Part shown: piece after piece, positions 28,860 through 38,448 of the stretch
How the letters are laid out: each line of letters opens with the position of its first letter
How positions within the stretch are numbered: position 1 is the stretch's first letter
Assembly (NCBI RefSeq): GCF_009914755.1
Contig: NC_060929.1
Reading direction: 5' to 3' (one strand)
DNA: 64,000 nucleotides
Origin: the human T2T-CHM13v2.0 reference genome, Homo sapiens
The notes under the pieces: model-generated
Database searches by the model: none
The model's input: only the letters and a program-made list of their open reading frames with translations
What the model was told of the DNA's origin: nothing
Position numbers and translations under genes: made by a program

Positions 28860-29070
28860 TCCCACGTCCACAGGGACCTGACTTCCACCTCTCTGCCCAG
28901 ATTTGCTTATGTCACTGTCGCCCCGGGACGGGGAGGTGGGGAGCTGAGGGCAAGTCGCGCCCGCCCCTGAAATCCCAGCCGCCTAGCGATTGGCTGCAAG
29001 GGTCTCGGCTTGGCCGCGGATTGGTCACACCCGAGGGCTTGAAAGGTGGCTGGGAGCGCCGGACACCTCA
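28860..29070 (+). promoter_or_regulatory. GPX3: GPX3 proximal promoter
   Basis: GC box GCCCGCCCC 28959-28967; two inverted CCAAT boxes (ATTGG 28989-28993 and 29020-29024); RCGTG core on minus at 28863-28867; no canonical TATA box. Confidence 0.75.
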
Positions 29071-29550
29071 GACGGACGGTGGCCAGGGATCAGGCAGCGG
29101 CTCAGGCGACCCTGAGTGTGCCCCCACCCCGCCATGGCCCGGCTGCTGCAGGCGTCCTGCCTGCTTTCCCTGCTCCTGGCCGGCTTCGTCTCGCAGAGCC
29201 GGGGACAAGAGAAGTCGAAGGTGAGTGAGCCTCCGGGCCGGGGGCCGGGAGAAAAAACCTAGCCCCTCGGTGTCCAGCGCTCAGTGCAATGCACCCCTTT
29301 TCCCAGGCTCCCCGCCAGATGGGCAATCCCCAGGTGCGAGAGACCTCCTGAACCCCTTTTGCCGCCCCCTCCGCCGCCGGGACCCCGCCCCCGACCGTCG
29401 TCGTCTCGTAGTTCCATCTGTTGGAGAGCCGAGACCTGGTGCTTCAGGCGGGCAGAATGACTAAGGGAGGAAGGTCTCTCTCCCCGAGCTCGCACTTTCT
29501 CCCCACTGCCACCTCGAGGGTCGCCTTGCTACATCTATGTCACCTCCGTG
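28915..29550. promoter_or_regulatory. GPX3: CpG island over the GPX3 promoter, exon 1 and start of intron 1
   Basis: Visibly dense CG dinucleotides and high GC against a CpG-depleted background. Confidence 0.85.
29134..29220 (+). CDS. GPX3: GPX3 exon 1 coding part
   Basis: Kozak GCCATGG; [29 protein letters not shown]; donor AAG|GTGAGT. Confidence 0.98.
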
Positions 29551-32500
29551 CCTGAGCTGCTCCCCTTCAGTAGGGCCTAAGAGGGAGGGCGTCACAGAAA
29601 AAAATGCCCAGCGTCTGGGTGGGCTGTGCAAGTTCCCAGGGAGAGAGACAAGGAGAAAGGAGAGAGGCAGCTGGGTGGTCCTGGTCCTGAAGAACTGCTG
29701 TGGGGGGCTCTTCTACCCCAAGAATGATACAGGCAGGTAGAAATGGCCACTTGGATTCAGGGCATTGGTAGAAGAGGCAGAGATCTGTGCTAGAAAGAGC
29801 TCTGGAGTGACAGTGCAGAACACTCAGGACCCTGAGTCCTTACCTGCTCCTGGACCCCCGTTTCTCCATCTGCAGGGGAGAGTTTGGGGGTGGGAGTGCA
29901 TGGGGCACAATGAAGCTGAGGGCCTCAGAGGGGATGCTTGGAGAAGCTGAAAAATCCACAAGCTGTTCTCTGAAATTTCCTCCCCTGGGGCAGCCTCACT
30001 ACCCAGGACCCACTGTCCTCATTAGCCTGAGGAAACCTGGTAGTTGGAGAAAGCTGGGGACTGCTAATTCAGAAGAAGAGGTAGAATTCTCTAGAGCCTC
30101 AGTCTATTTCCAGCAGGTGTGTGGCCCACACCTGGAGTGGGGATACTGAGGCCAGGAGTGGGATGACCCAGCATGCTTATCTCCTTTGACAGTATGTACT
30201 GGGGTGGGCTCTGTAGACCTCTCCTCTACCCAGGGAGTGGGAGTGGGTGGGGAAGGAGGCAGAAGCCAGGTGTAGGGATAGACTCAAAGCGAGCGATTTC
30301 TGTCTCCAACTTCCCAACATGCATAACTCACATTTTTGCAAGCTCTGAGCTTTTGTTTCTAAAATCCTCTGGGTCTTCACTTTAATTAAGTTCTTATGAG
30401 TCTAGGATTCCGTTTCCAAAATTCTGTCCACTTCTCAGGAAGCCCATTGGAAGCACAGGGTTCCTTCCATGTTACTCACCCCTTTTCGGTCCTCAGCCTA
30501 AATCCGATTAATCAGCCTCTCCTTGGAGTCAGTCTAAATGGATGTGAAGCCACTTCGTCCAAGTCCCCTCCTTTTTATCCATCCCTGTTCATAATCCCCA
30601 ACTCAGAAGGCATTTTCCAGGTCAGGAATGGGATCGATTTTCAACATTGAGGTTTGGGGTGGGCCATAGACAGGCCAGCACCGTGGAGTCAGTCCCAACC
30701 TTCAGTTTTGGAAGGGTCAAAGAAGATACAATTGGGCCCTGCCTCAAGAAGGCTAGTGGGGAGAACGTGGACTCCATGAATAACTCATCATAGCTGTGTC
30801 TTCTCTGCCGCACTCTGGGGAAGGATAAATGGACTCAGAGAGAATAGGATGGGGATGGTCTAGAAAAGTTTTAGGGTGAGGTGTGATCATATCACATACA
30901 ACCAGTCAGGACTTGCTGGCTAATGAAAGCCTGGGCATGCCCATCTCTGCTCCCAAGTTCTTAGAGTTCAGATGTCTTAGCTCTGGGTTAGGACCCAACC
31001 ACTCACCTTACCCCCAACCCCAGGGTAAAGAGATAGGGTTATGGGGCATGTGGAGAATGGAATGGACGAAAGGTGACTCAGCCCCAGAGAGGTGTTTTCC
31101 TCCTACCAATTGAAAGGGAGATGCTAGGGAAGAGACCAGGTCCTCCTCTTCTTGCTGCGTCACCTCCCCAGTCCAACTTCAGGCTGCCCACGCTCCTTGT
31201 CTCTACAAAAGGACTGCAGAAGCCGGAAAGAGTGACAACTGCTGACGTGCATGGGATCCTAGTAACTGCTGGTTTCTAGGTGACTAAACCTGGCAGAGAG
31301 AATCATGGAACCACAGGCTGACAGAGTTAAAGGGCCCTTAAGACAGCCCTGAACCTGACTCCATCTTACAATGGAGGAGCTGGAGCCCCAGCAAAGGGGG
31401 TCACATGCCATCAGAGACACAGCAAAGCCCAGCACTCAGGTCTCCTGACTCCCAGACCACTTCTCACAGCATCATATTGATAGGAGTGATAAGACGGGAG
31501 AGGAGAAAGACACAAGACCAGCAGCCCCAGCCAGCCAGAGTCCTGGCTGAGTCCCATCATCCAACTCTCAAGCCATTGGAACCCTCTTCTCTTGCCCGGC
31601 TGTGGGAGGATTCAGGCACCCTCATGGCCTCTCCCCTTATCTCCTCTGGCCACTGTTTCAGATGCGGTGCTCTGGGATTCCACGTGCCCAGAGAAGGGAA
31701 GGGGGCTCATAGAGGACTGAGTTGCAGTGATCAGTGGTGAGCACAGCCGTGGCTCTCCACCCATGGGCCACCTTCTGACCCCCACTATCCCTTGACATGA
31801 GATTTCGTTCCAAGAGACTCCAGGCCTGTTTTGCTCTGCCAGCAGATTCCCACAACCGTTTTGGGCAGCAGCATGCTTATCTCCCTGGACATATGCCCAG
31901 ACAGTGTAAGTGACTTGCTCAGGGCCACGCAGCCAGCAAAAAATAGAACCTAATGAAATAGGGTTCTCCTTGCCACACCCCCAAGCTGAAACTGTGCCCA
32001 GAAGCTGGTCCTTCTGTTTACAAGTTCCCATTATTAGGACAACCTGTAATCTTTTTTTCCTCCATGTCTCAGAGTTCATTTTTGGATCATGGCAGAGTTA
32101 AAAAAGTGGAGAGGCTATAGACATGCCTGGCTTTCTGGCCACTAGATCTTTGTGGCGGTCTAGGGTGTATTTGTTGTGCCCCAGTTTGTCTGCATTTTAA
32201 GGCGGAACTGGCCCTGGCTGGGAACGAGGAGGTCCAGGAGCAGTAGGAATGTTGATCTTAGGTCTTGGGCCTGCCTCCAGCACCCACCAAAAGTCACCGG
32301 ATGTGGAATATTAGACTCATGTAAAGCAGGAAGTTTGCACCAGAGCCAAGAAGAGAGCTTGCAGCTGCCAGGGAATGGCCTGGCGGAGGAAGCGCAGCCT
32401 CGCCCAGCTCAGCAGACCTGCTTCATGACAGAGGCAGCTCTTCTGCACTCTACTGGGGCCACGCCCTGCCAGCATATATCACTCCCTTCACCTGGTCAGG

Positions 32501-35500
32501 CCCAGGTACCTTGCCTCAACAGCAAGTTCTCCAGAATTGAGGGGAAGAGAGGGAGTGAATTTGCTTCTCTAACTCCAGCCACCTGTCTCTGCCCTCTCCT
32601 GGTCTATAATGCTACTTTGCATTCCATTTGTTTATTGTCTGCCCACCTCTCAAAGGATATCAGGGCCACAAAGGACCTTAAAGACCACCTTATACAATGG
32701 TTTCAAGGTTTCTCCTTTCCCATCACGACCAGCCCACCTGCCAAATTGTGTCAATGATGCAATGACATCCTTTCAAGAATAGTCTCAGAATTTTGTTGTC
32801 TGTGTCACGGGCAGAGTAGGCTCATAGGCCACATCCTACTAGCCAGCAGTGACCCCAATCCCCTCTCTCCCACTGATCATGATCCTATCAAGCCATCATG
32901 GTTGACCTGGTTGAAGAGTTGGTTCAGTTCAAGGTTCTCATTTTATAAATGAGGAAACTCAGGTCCGAAGAAAAGAAAGGGCCAGTCCAAGACCACACAG
33001 GGAGTTAATGGCAGAGGGACATGGAGCCCAGGTCTCCCAGCCCACAGTCCACTGCACTCTGTCCCTCCTTGTCCTGGAGGCTGACTGTGAGCAGCAGCTG
33101 GGGAGGGAGGAAGGCATAAGGGTCATCACCAGCCTGCTCAGACCCGGAACATTAACACATGCAGGTACTGTTGCTTTTCCCTACCTCACCACAGCCCTTT
33201 CCCCCATGCCTGGCTCTCAGTCCTGCTTCCCTATTTGGTAACAACAGCTTCATCTTTCCTGTCCTGCAGATTGGGAGCCTCTGAATCACCATGTCCATAC
33301 TGCCTCTTCCTCCTTTCTGTTCAGTTTTTCCTTCACACTGGCCTAGTTCAGGTTCTCATCCTCAATTGCCTGGATTATTCCAACAGCCACCCAACCAGTC
33401 TCCATCAGCCCGTCTAGGAACCCAGTCATCAGCTTTAGGGCAGTCTCCCTGAGAGCCCAGTAAATGTTCTGAAATTGACATGTGATGTGGAAGTAATTAG
33501 CAAAATAAGTCATTCTCCAGGGTTCCATAGCACTCACTTATTAAGTGCTTAATATTAATAAGTGCTTATTAGGTGCTTAATATTAATAAGTGCTTTTTAA
33601 GCACTTAATATTAAGTACCCGAAAAGCACTTATTAAGTGCTTTCATAATCATTATCTTAAACAAGGAATTAGGAGACGTCAGTGCTAGTCCAGTTCCAAT
33701 TCTCGGTGATTACTTTGAGAAAGTCACTCTCTCTGTTGGGATCTTTCATTCTTTTGAAAACGGAGATGTCCAAGTTCCTTTCCAGCTCTAACTGCTCCTT
33801 TTATGGCCTGTGTTCCAGATGGACTGCCATGGTGGCATAAGTGGCACCATTTACGAGTACGGAGCCCTCACCATTGATGGGGAGGAGTACATCCCCTTCA
33901 AGCAGTATGCTGGCAAATACGTCCTCTTTGTCAACGTGGCCAGCTACTGAGGCCTGACGGGCCAGTACATTGGTAAGAGCCCACCCTTCCTCCCTGCTTT
34001 ATTTGGGGCTGTATGGCATATTTCAATCACAGGAGCTTTTCTGGTGCATGGGGGAAAGGGTGATGGCAATCACGAGAGTCCAAGCCCCTTTTCTCAGCTC
34101 CACTGTGTTCCGTGGTTTTGTGAAGATGATTATATAAGCCTGAGGTCTGATTGCCTTTGGACATGTTCTAGGAGATTCCTAGTTATCCTTCTTCATCTCT
34201 GGGCACCTCAACAACCCTAAAGGCAGAGGGATAGAGATTAGGTTTGTGCTTAGAGCTCCCTTTGGCTGGAGCATGAGATGGTAACTGAAGCTCCATCTTG
34301 CTGAGAATATCTCATTTTCCCTCAGCCCCATCTGCTTTGGTGCTTCTCTTGGCAGCTCTCTGGAAAGCAGGCAATTGCCTCGAGGCCCCAGAGTGTATGC
34401 GTGGTGTAGCGGGATGAAGGAGCAGGCTACACTTCTAATGCCCATTCTAAAATAAACTTTGAAGATGATCTAGTTTAGCCTTCCCCTCTTCTCAATCTAC
34501 ACATGGGAAACCAAGACTCAGAGCGAAGATACAACTTAAACAGGGTCACAAAGCTATTAGCGGTGGAATGGGGCATTTGGCGCAGGTTTCATGATCTCCT
34601 GATATGCTTACTCCTTTCTCCCTAGCTGGGGTAGAATACAGAGGCTAGGGGAACAGGCAACCAAAGGCAAGCGACAGCACCCAGGGGAAAACGCTTTGGG
34701 GCTGAGCAGTCTACTGGCAGGGGGTCAGGGAGGCAAGGGCAATTTGACCCTCCATGCTCTGCCTGGCAATCACAGGCGAATTCCCGGAAGTGAAAGGACG
34801 GCGGTCACGTGGCCCAGTGGCTGTGAGTGCTTTTTCTGGGATGCTTCTCTCTAGCCTTGGAACAGAGCAGAGTGCGTTTGGGCAAGAGATGGGCTGGGTG
34901 CTGCTGCAAAAGAGACCAGGGGACACTGAGGAAACTGGGGAGCTGGGCCAGGGCCTCATCTGTGTTCCTGATTTGCCAAAGATTATGGGAGGGTTGTAAC
35001 CTCACCCCAAAGAAGTTCTCTGCCTTGTATCCAGGGATGGATAGTTCTTGCTCCAGAAAACTCAATCCTGAGGGTTCTGAATGAGTGCTCTAGCTGGCCC
35101 AGGTGGAGGGCCTTGGCAATGGGCAGGTGACTGACAGCTGACTTGAGGAAGGGTATTATTCTTGTCCTCCAAACCTCCAATCCATCCAGATTAGAGTCAA
35201 GAGGATAGGACCTGAGTCCCAGCATTGCTGTGAACTCACTGGTGATCCTGCGCAAGTCCCTCCCTTTCTCGGGCCTCAGTAGTTCCAGCGGCACAGCGGG
35301 TGAGCCGGGGGAGTGGTGTGGATGAGACAGGGCTCCTCGCCAGGATACTCCCACATCTGCTCTTTCTCTTTGGCCCAGAACTGAATGCACTACAGGAAGA
35401 GCTTGCACCATTCGGTCTGGTCATTCTGGGCTTTCCCTGCAACCAATTTGGAAAACAGGAACCAGGAGAGAACTCAGAGATCCTTCCTACCCTCAAGTGA

Positions 35501-36609
35501 GTACTCACTCAGCATCCTGAGAAAGCTCCTCTCACATGGCCCACATCTTGTTATCAACCCCAAATCATGGTGGACATTTATCGGCCACCAAGAACTACTC
35601 TCCTCTTCTAGGATCCCCAGTGGAATGAGGGAAGGGAAGGGACAAGAGAGGGAGAAGGACAGGGACAACTGGTTGTGATGTGCATCCGCAGGGAGCACCA
35701 AGGTTGAGGGACACTGAAAAGGGACCAGGCTAGAAAGGAAGACCGTGGACTCACATTATGCCTATGCCCACTGCACATTCACTGGCTCCTGCTGCCCACT
35801 GCAGAATAAATCCAGACTCCCAACACCCTCTCCCCTGTTCTGTCCCTTCCTCTCATTTCTGAGCCCTGTGCCCACCTCCTTGGGACCCACCTAAGAACAT
35901 TTCTCAACAGGTATGTCCGACCAGGTGGAGGCTTTGTCCCTAATTTCCAGCTCTTTGAGAAAGGGGATGTCAATGGAGAGAAAGAGCAGAAATTCTACAC
36001 TTTCCTAAAGGTAAGTGAGCTGCCACCTGTGCTGGCTGGGGCTGCAGCCCCTCCTGGCTCCAGCCCACAGCGTCAGGGCCCATGCCACCTCCCCTGCTCC
36101 TGGGCTCTTGGGGAATTTCTTGGCACCTGACTATTGTTCCAACTAGAGGGCTCTGCAGACCCTGACTAGGGTCTCATTGGCCCATTTTACAGAAAGGCCC
36201 AGAAGGACCCAGAGTGAACATACTAAGGGTCTCACAATCTTCTAGAGCCACAGCTGGCGCTGGCAGTCTTCTAACTCCCAAACTGGGGCTCTTTTCTCAG
36301 GGCCAGGCTATTCCCCAGGAAGGCCTGGGAAGGAAGAGGGTCAGGGGGCCTCAAGCAAGGTTGACACTCCTCTCATCCCTGCTCTAGAACTCCTGTCCTC
36401 CCACCTCGGAGCTCCTGGGTACATCTGACCGCCTCTTCTGGGAACCCATGAAGGTTCACGACATCCGCTGGAACTTTGAGAAGTTCCTGGTGGGGCCAGA
36501 TGGTATACCCATCATGCGCTGGCACCACCGGACCACGGTCAGCAACGTCAAGATGGACATCCTGTCCTACATGAGGCGGCAGGCAGCCCTGGGGGTCAAG
36601 AGGAAGTAA
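29134..36609 (+). CDS. GPX3: Glutathione peroxidase 3 (plasma selenoprotein), 5 exons, 226 aa
   Basis: join(29134-29220,33819-33972,35379-35496,35911-36010,36388-36609) = 681 nt; all introns GT-AG; signal peptide; catalytic Sec73, Gln107, Trp181, Asn182; motifs [21 protein letters not shown]. Confidence 0.99.
33535..33644. repeat. AT-rich nested palindrome/tandem cluster of TAAGTGCTT units
   Basis: 28-bp tandem pair 33541-33596; palindromes at 33587-33607, 33603-33616 and 33623-33643. Confidence 0.85.
33819..33972 (+). CDS. GPX3: GPX3 exon 2, with the selenocysteine UGA at 33948-33950
   Basis: [51 protein letters not shown]; ttccag| and |gtaaga. Confidence 0.98.
35379..35496 (+). CDS. GPX3: GPX3 exon 3
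   Basis: [40 protein letters not shown]; cccag| and |gtgagt. Confidence 0.98.
35911..36010 (+). CDS. GPX3: GPX3 exon 4
   Basis: [33 protein letters not shown]; aacag| and |gtaagt. Confidence 0.98.
36388..36609 (+). CDS. GPX3: GPX3 exon 5 coding part
   Basis: [39 protein letters not shown]...LGVKRK*; TAA 36607-36609. Confidence 0.98.
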
Positions 36610-37255
36610 CTGAAGGCCGTCTCATCCCATGTCCACCATGTAGGGGAGGGACTTTGTTCAGGAAGAAATCCGTGTCTCCAACCACACTATCTACCCATCA
36701 CAGACCCCTTTCCTATCACTCAAGGCCCCAGCCTGGCACAAATGGATGCATACAGTTCTGTGTACTGCCAGGCATGTGGGTGTGGGTGCATGTGGGTGTT
36801 TACACACATGCCTACAGGTATGCGTGATTGTGTGTGTGTGCATGGGTGTACAGCCACGTGTCTACCTATGTGTCTTTCTGGGAATGTGTACCATCTGTGT
36901 GCCTGCAGCTGTGTAGTGCTGGACAGTGACAACCCTTTCTCTCCAGTTCTCCACTCCAATGATAATAGTTCACTTACACCTAAACCCAAAGGAAAAACCA
37001 GCTCTAGGTCCAATTGTTCTGCTCTAACTGATACCTCAACCTTGGGGCCAGCATCTCCCACTGCCTCCAAATATTAGTAACTATGACTGACGTCCCCAGA
37101 AGTTTCTGGGTCTACCACACTCCCCAACCCCCCACTCCTACTTCCTGAAGGGCCCTCCCAAGGCTACATCCCCACCCCACAGTTCTCCCTGAGAGAGATC
37201 AACCTCCCTGAGATCAACCAAGGCAGATGTGACAGCAAGGGCCACGGACCCCATG

Positions 37256-37336
37256 GCAGGGGTGGCGTCTTCATGAGGGAGGGGCCCAAAGCCCTTGTGG
37301 GCGGACCTCCCCTGAGCCTGTCTGAGGGGCCAGCCC
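37256..37336 (+). promoter_or_regulatory. GPX3: SECIS element (type II) in the GPX3 3'UTR
   Basis: AUGAG 37273-37277 with UGAG 37313-37316 forming the GA quartet; about 10-bp helix II; unpaired AAA 37288-37290; apical mini-stem GCCC-UUGU-GGGC. Confidence 0.95.
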
Positions 37337-37446
37337 TTAGTGCATTCAGGCTAAGGCCCCTGGGCAGGGATGCCACCCCTGCTCCTTCGGAGGACGTGCC
37401 CTCACCCCTCACTGGTCCACTGGCTTGAGACTCACCCCGTCTGCCC

Positions 37447-37497
37447 AGTAAAAGCCTTTCTGCAGCAGCTGAGCCTACTGTGTGTGGTGCTTCTTCA
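37447..37497 (+). terminator. GPX3: GPX3 polyadenylation signal (variant AGTAAA) with a GU-rich downstream element
   Basis: AGTAAA 37447-37452; TGTGTGTGGTGCTTCTT about 27 nt downstream; I saw no AATAAA in the 3'UTR. Confidence 0.75.
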
Positions 37498-37598
37498 ATG
37501 GTGGCCGCCCCCGCCTGGGTGGGAAGTGAGGAGGAGAAGGTGGGGCAGGGTAAAGGGGGGAGGATGAGAAAAGAACAAATATGACAACAAAAACTTTT

Positions 37599-37800
37599 TA
37601 CAGTGGGTGCAAAGGTAATTGCGGTTTTTGCCATATGGCAAAATCCAAGGCTACCTCCCCACCCCACAATTCTCCCTGAGATCAGCCAAGGCAGACTGCA
37701 AGGGCCATGTAGCCCTATTAGGGGTGGCATCTTCATGAGGGAGGCCCCCCTGCCACAAAAAAGGGGCAAAAATTGCAATTACTTTTTCAACAACCTGATA
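37599..37800. mobile_element. MADE1 (Hsmar1-derived MITE) split by an inserted copy of the GPX3 3'UTR
   Basis: Left arm GGTGCAAAGGTAATTGCGGTTTTTGCCAT, right arm GGCAAAAATTGCAATTACTTTTTCAACAACCTGA-TA, versus MADE1 TIR TTAGGTTGGTGCAAAAGTAATTGCGGTTTTTGCCAT. Confidence 0.85.
37645..37750 (+). repeat. Direct, diverged copy of 37158-37287 (pre-SECIS sequence and SECIS 5' arm)
   Basis: First 36 nt have 2 mismatches; the 25-nt block AGGGGTGGCRTCTTCATGAGGGAGG has 1 mismatch. Confidence 0.92.
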
Positions 37801-37970
37801 GTTAGCTGCAGTGGCGCACTCCTTCAGCTACTTGGGAGACTGATGTGGGAGGCTCCCTTGAGCCCGGGAGTTTGAGGCTATAGTGTGCCGTGACTGAGTC
37901 TGTGAAGAGCCACTGCACTCCAGCCTGGGCAACACAGTCAGACTGTCTCTTAAAAAAAAAAAAAAAAAAG
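37801..37970 (+). mobile_element. Old Alu right monomer
   Basis: CAGCTACTTGGGAGACTGA...CACTGCACTCCAGCCTGGGCAAC, poly-A tail. Confidence 0.85.
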
Positions 37971-38419
37971 AGAGAAATTAGACAATGCTTTGAGTCCCTG
38001 CTTTTTGGCTCCTACCTTGGCCCACTCTGCTTCTCTCACTCAGCATTTGGAGTTTATAAAACCAGTTCTGATCTACTCTCATTCCCTCCCACAGTTCTCC
38101 AAGTCAGCTGAGGTTAAGATGAGGTGTTCTGTTTGACGGATGAGGAAACTGAGGCTCACAGAAGGGCCACGCCTTGCCCCAGGTCTCCTGATGAGTGAGG
38201 GGCAGGACTGGAATTTAAACCCAAGTCCCCTGAGTCCTGGCCTAGGCTCCTTCCACTGCCCCGGCTGCCCTACCCTCAGGGAGGCCCTGATACGTCACCA
38301 TTACTCAAGAGTAATGGTGACCATCTCAGGGAAAGGAAGAAAAGGGGAACAGAAGGAGGGACCCAGGAAAGCAGGGGGTTGACAGGGGAACATTAGCGCA
38401 TAAATGAACATGAGTCAGA

Positions 38420-38448
38420 ATGTTGATCTTCTTCAACTTGGATTTATG
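38420..38448 (-). terminator. TNIP1: Probable TNIP1 polyadenylation signal (variant CATAAA)
   Basis: TTTATG at 38443-38448 (CATAAA on minus), about 740 nt after the stop; U-rich sequence follows. Confidence 0.6.

Noticed and set aside
32176-32757. 193-aa ORF in GPX3 intron 1, and similar long ORFs such as 37164-37778 (minus)
   Set aside because: No recognisable domain, non-ATG or weak starts, and lengths expected by chance in GC-rich DNA. The 37164 ORF only mirrors the local duplication.
33784-33818. Upstream alternative acceptor extending GPX3 exon 2 by 33 nt
   Set aside because: The extension reads CTC TAA, an immediate in-frame stop.
33951-33963. Small hairpin GGCCU-GAC-GGGCC right after the Sec UGA as a Sec redefinition element
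   Set aside because: Only 5 bp long and directly adjacent to the codon, so it would be inside the ribosome. It is explained by the Gly-Leu-Thr-Gly codons.
36770-36905. GT-rich stretch in the GPX3 3'UTR as Z-DNA or a structured element
   Set aside because: The purine-pyrimidine alternation is short and interrupted, with only a 9-bp inverted repeat, so support is insufficient.
37731-37800. Second functional SECIS
   Set aside because: It has AUGA and part of the 5' arm only. There is no complementary 3' arm or GA partner, and it lies beyond the likely poly(A) site.
37599-37800. miR-548-type pre-miRNA hairpin from MADE1
   Set aside because: The ~105-nt insert and arm mismatches break the short-loop hairpin that Drosha and Dicer need, and the sequence gives no expression evidence.
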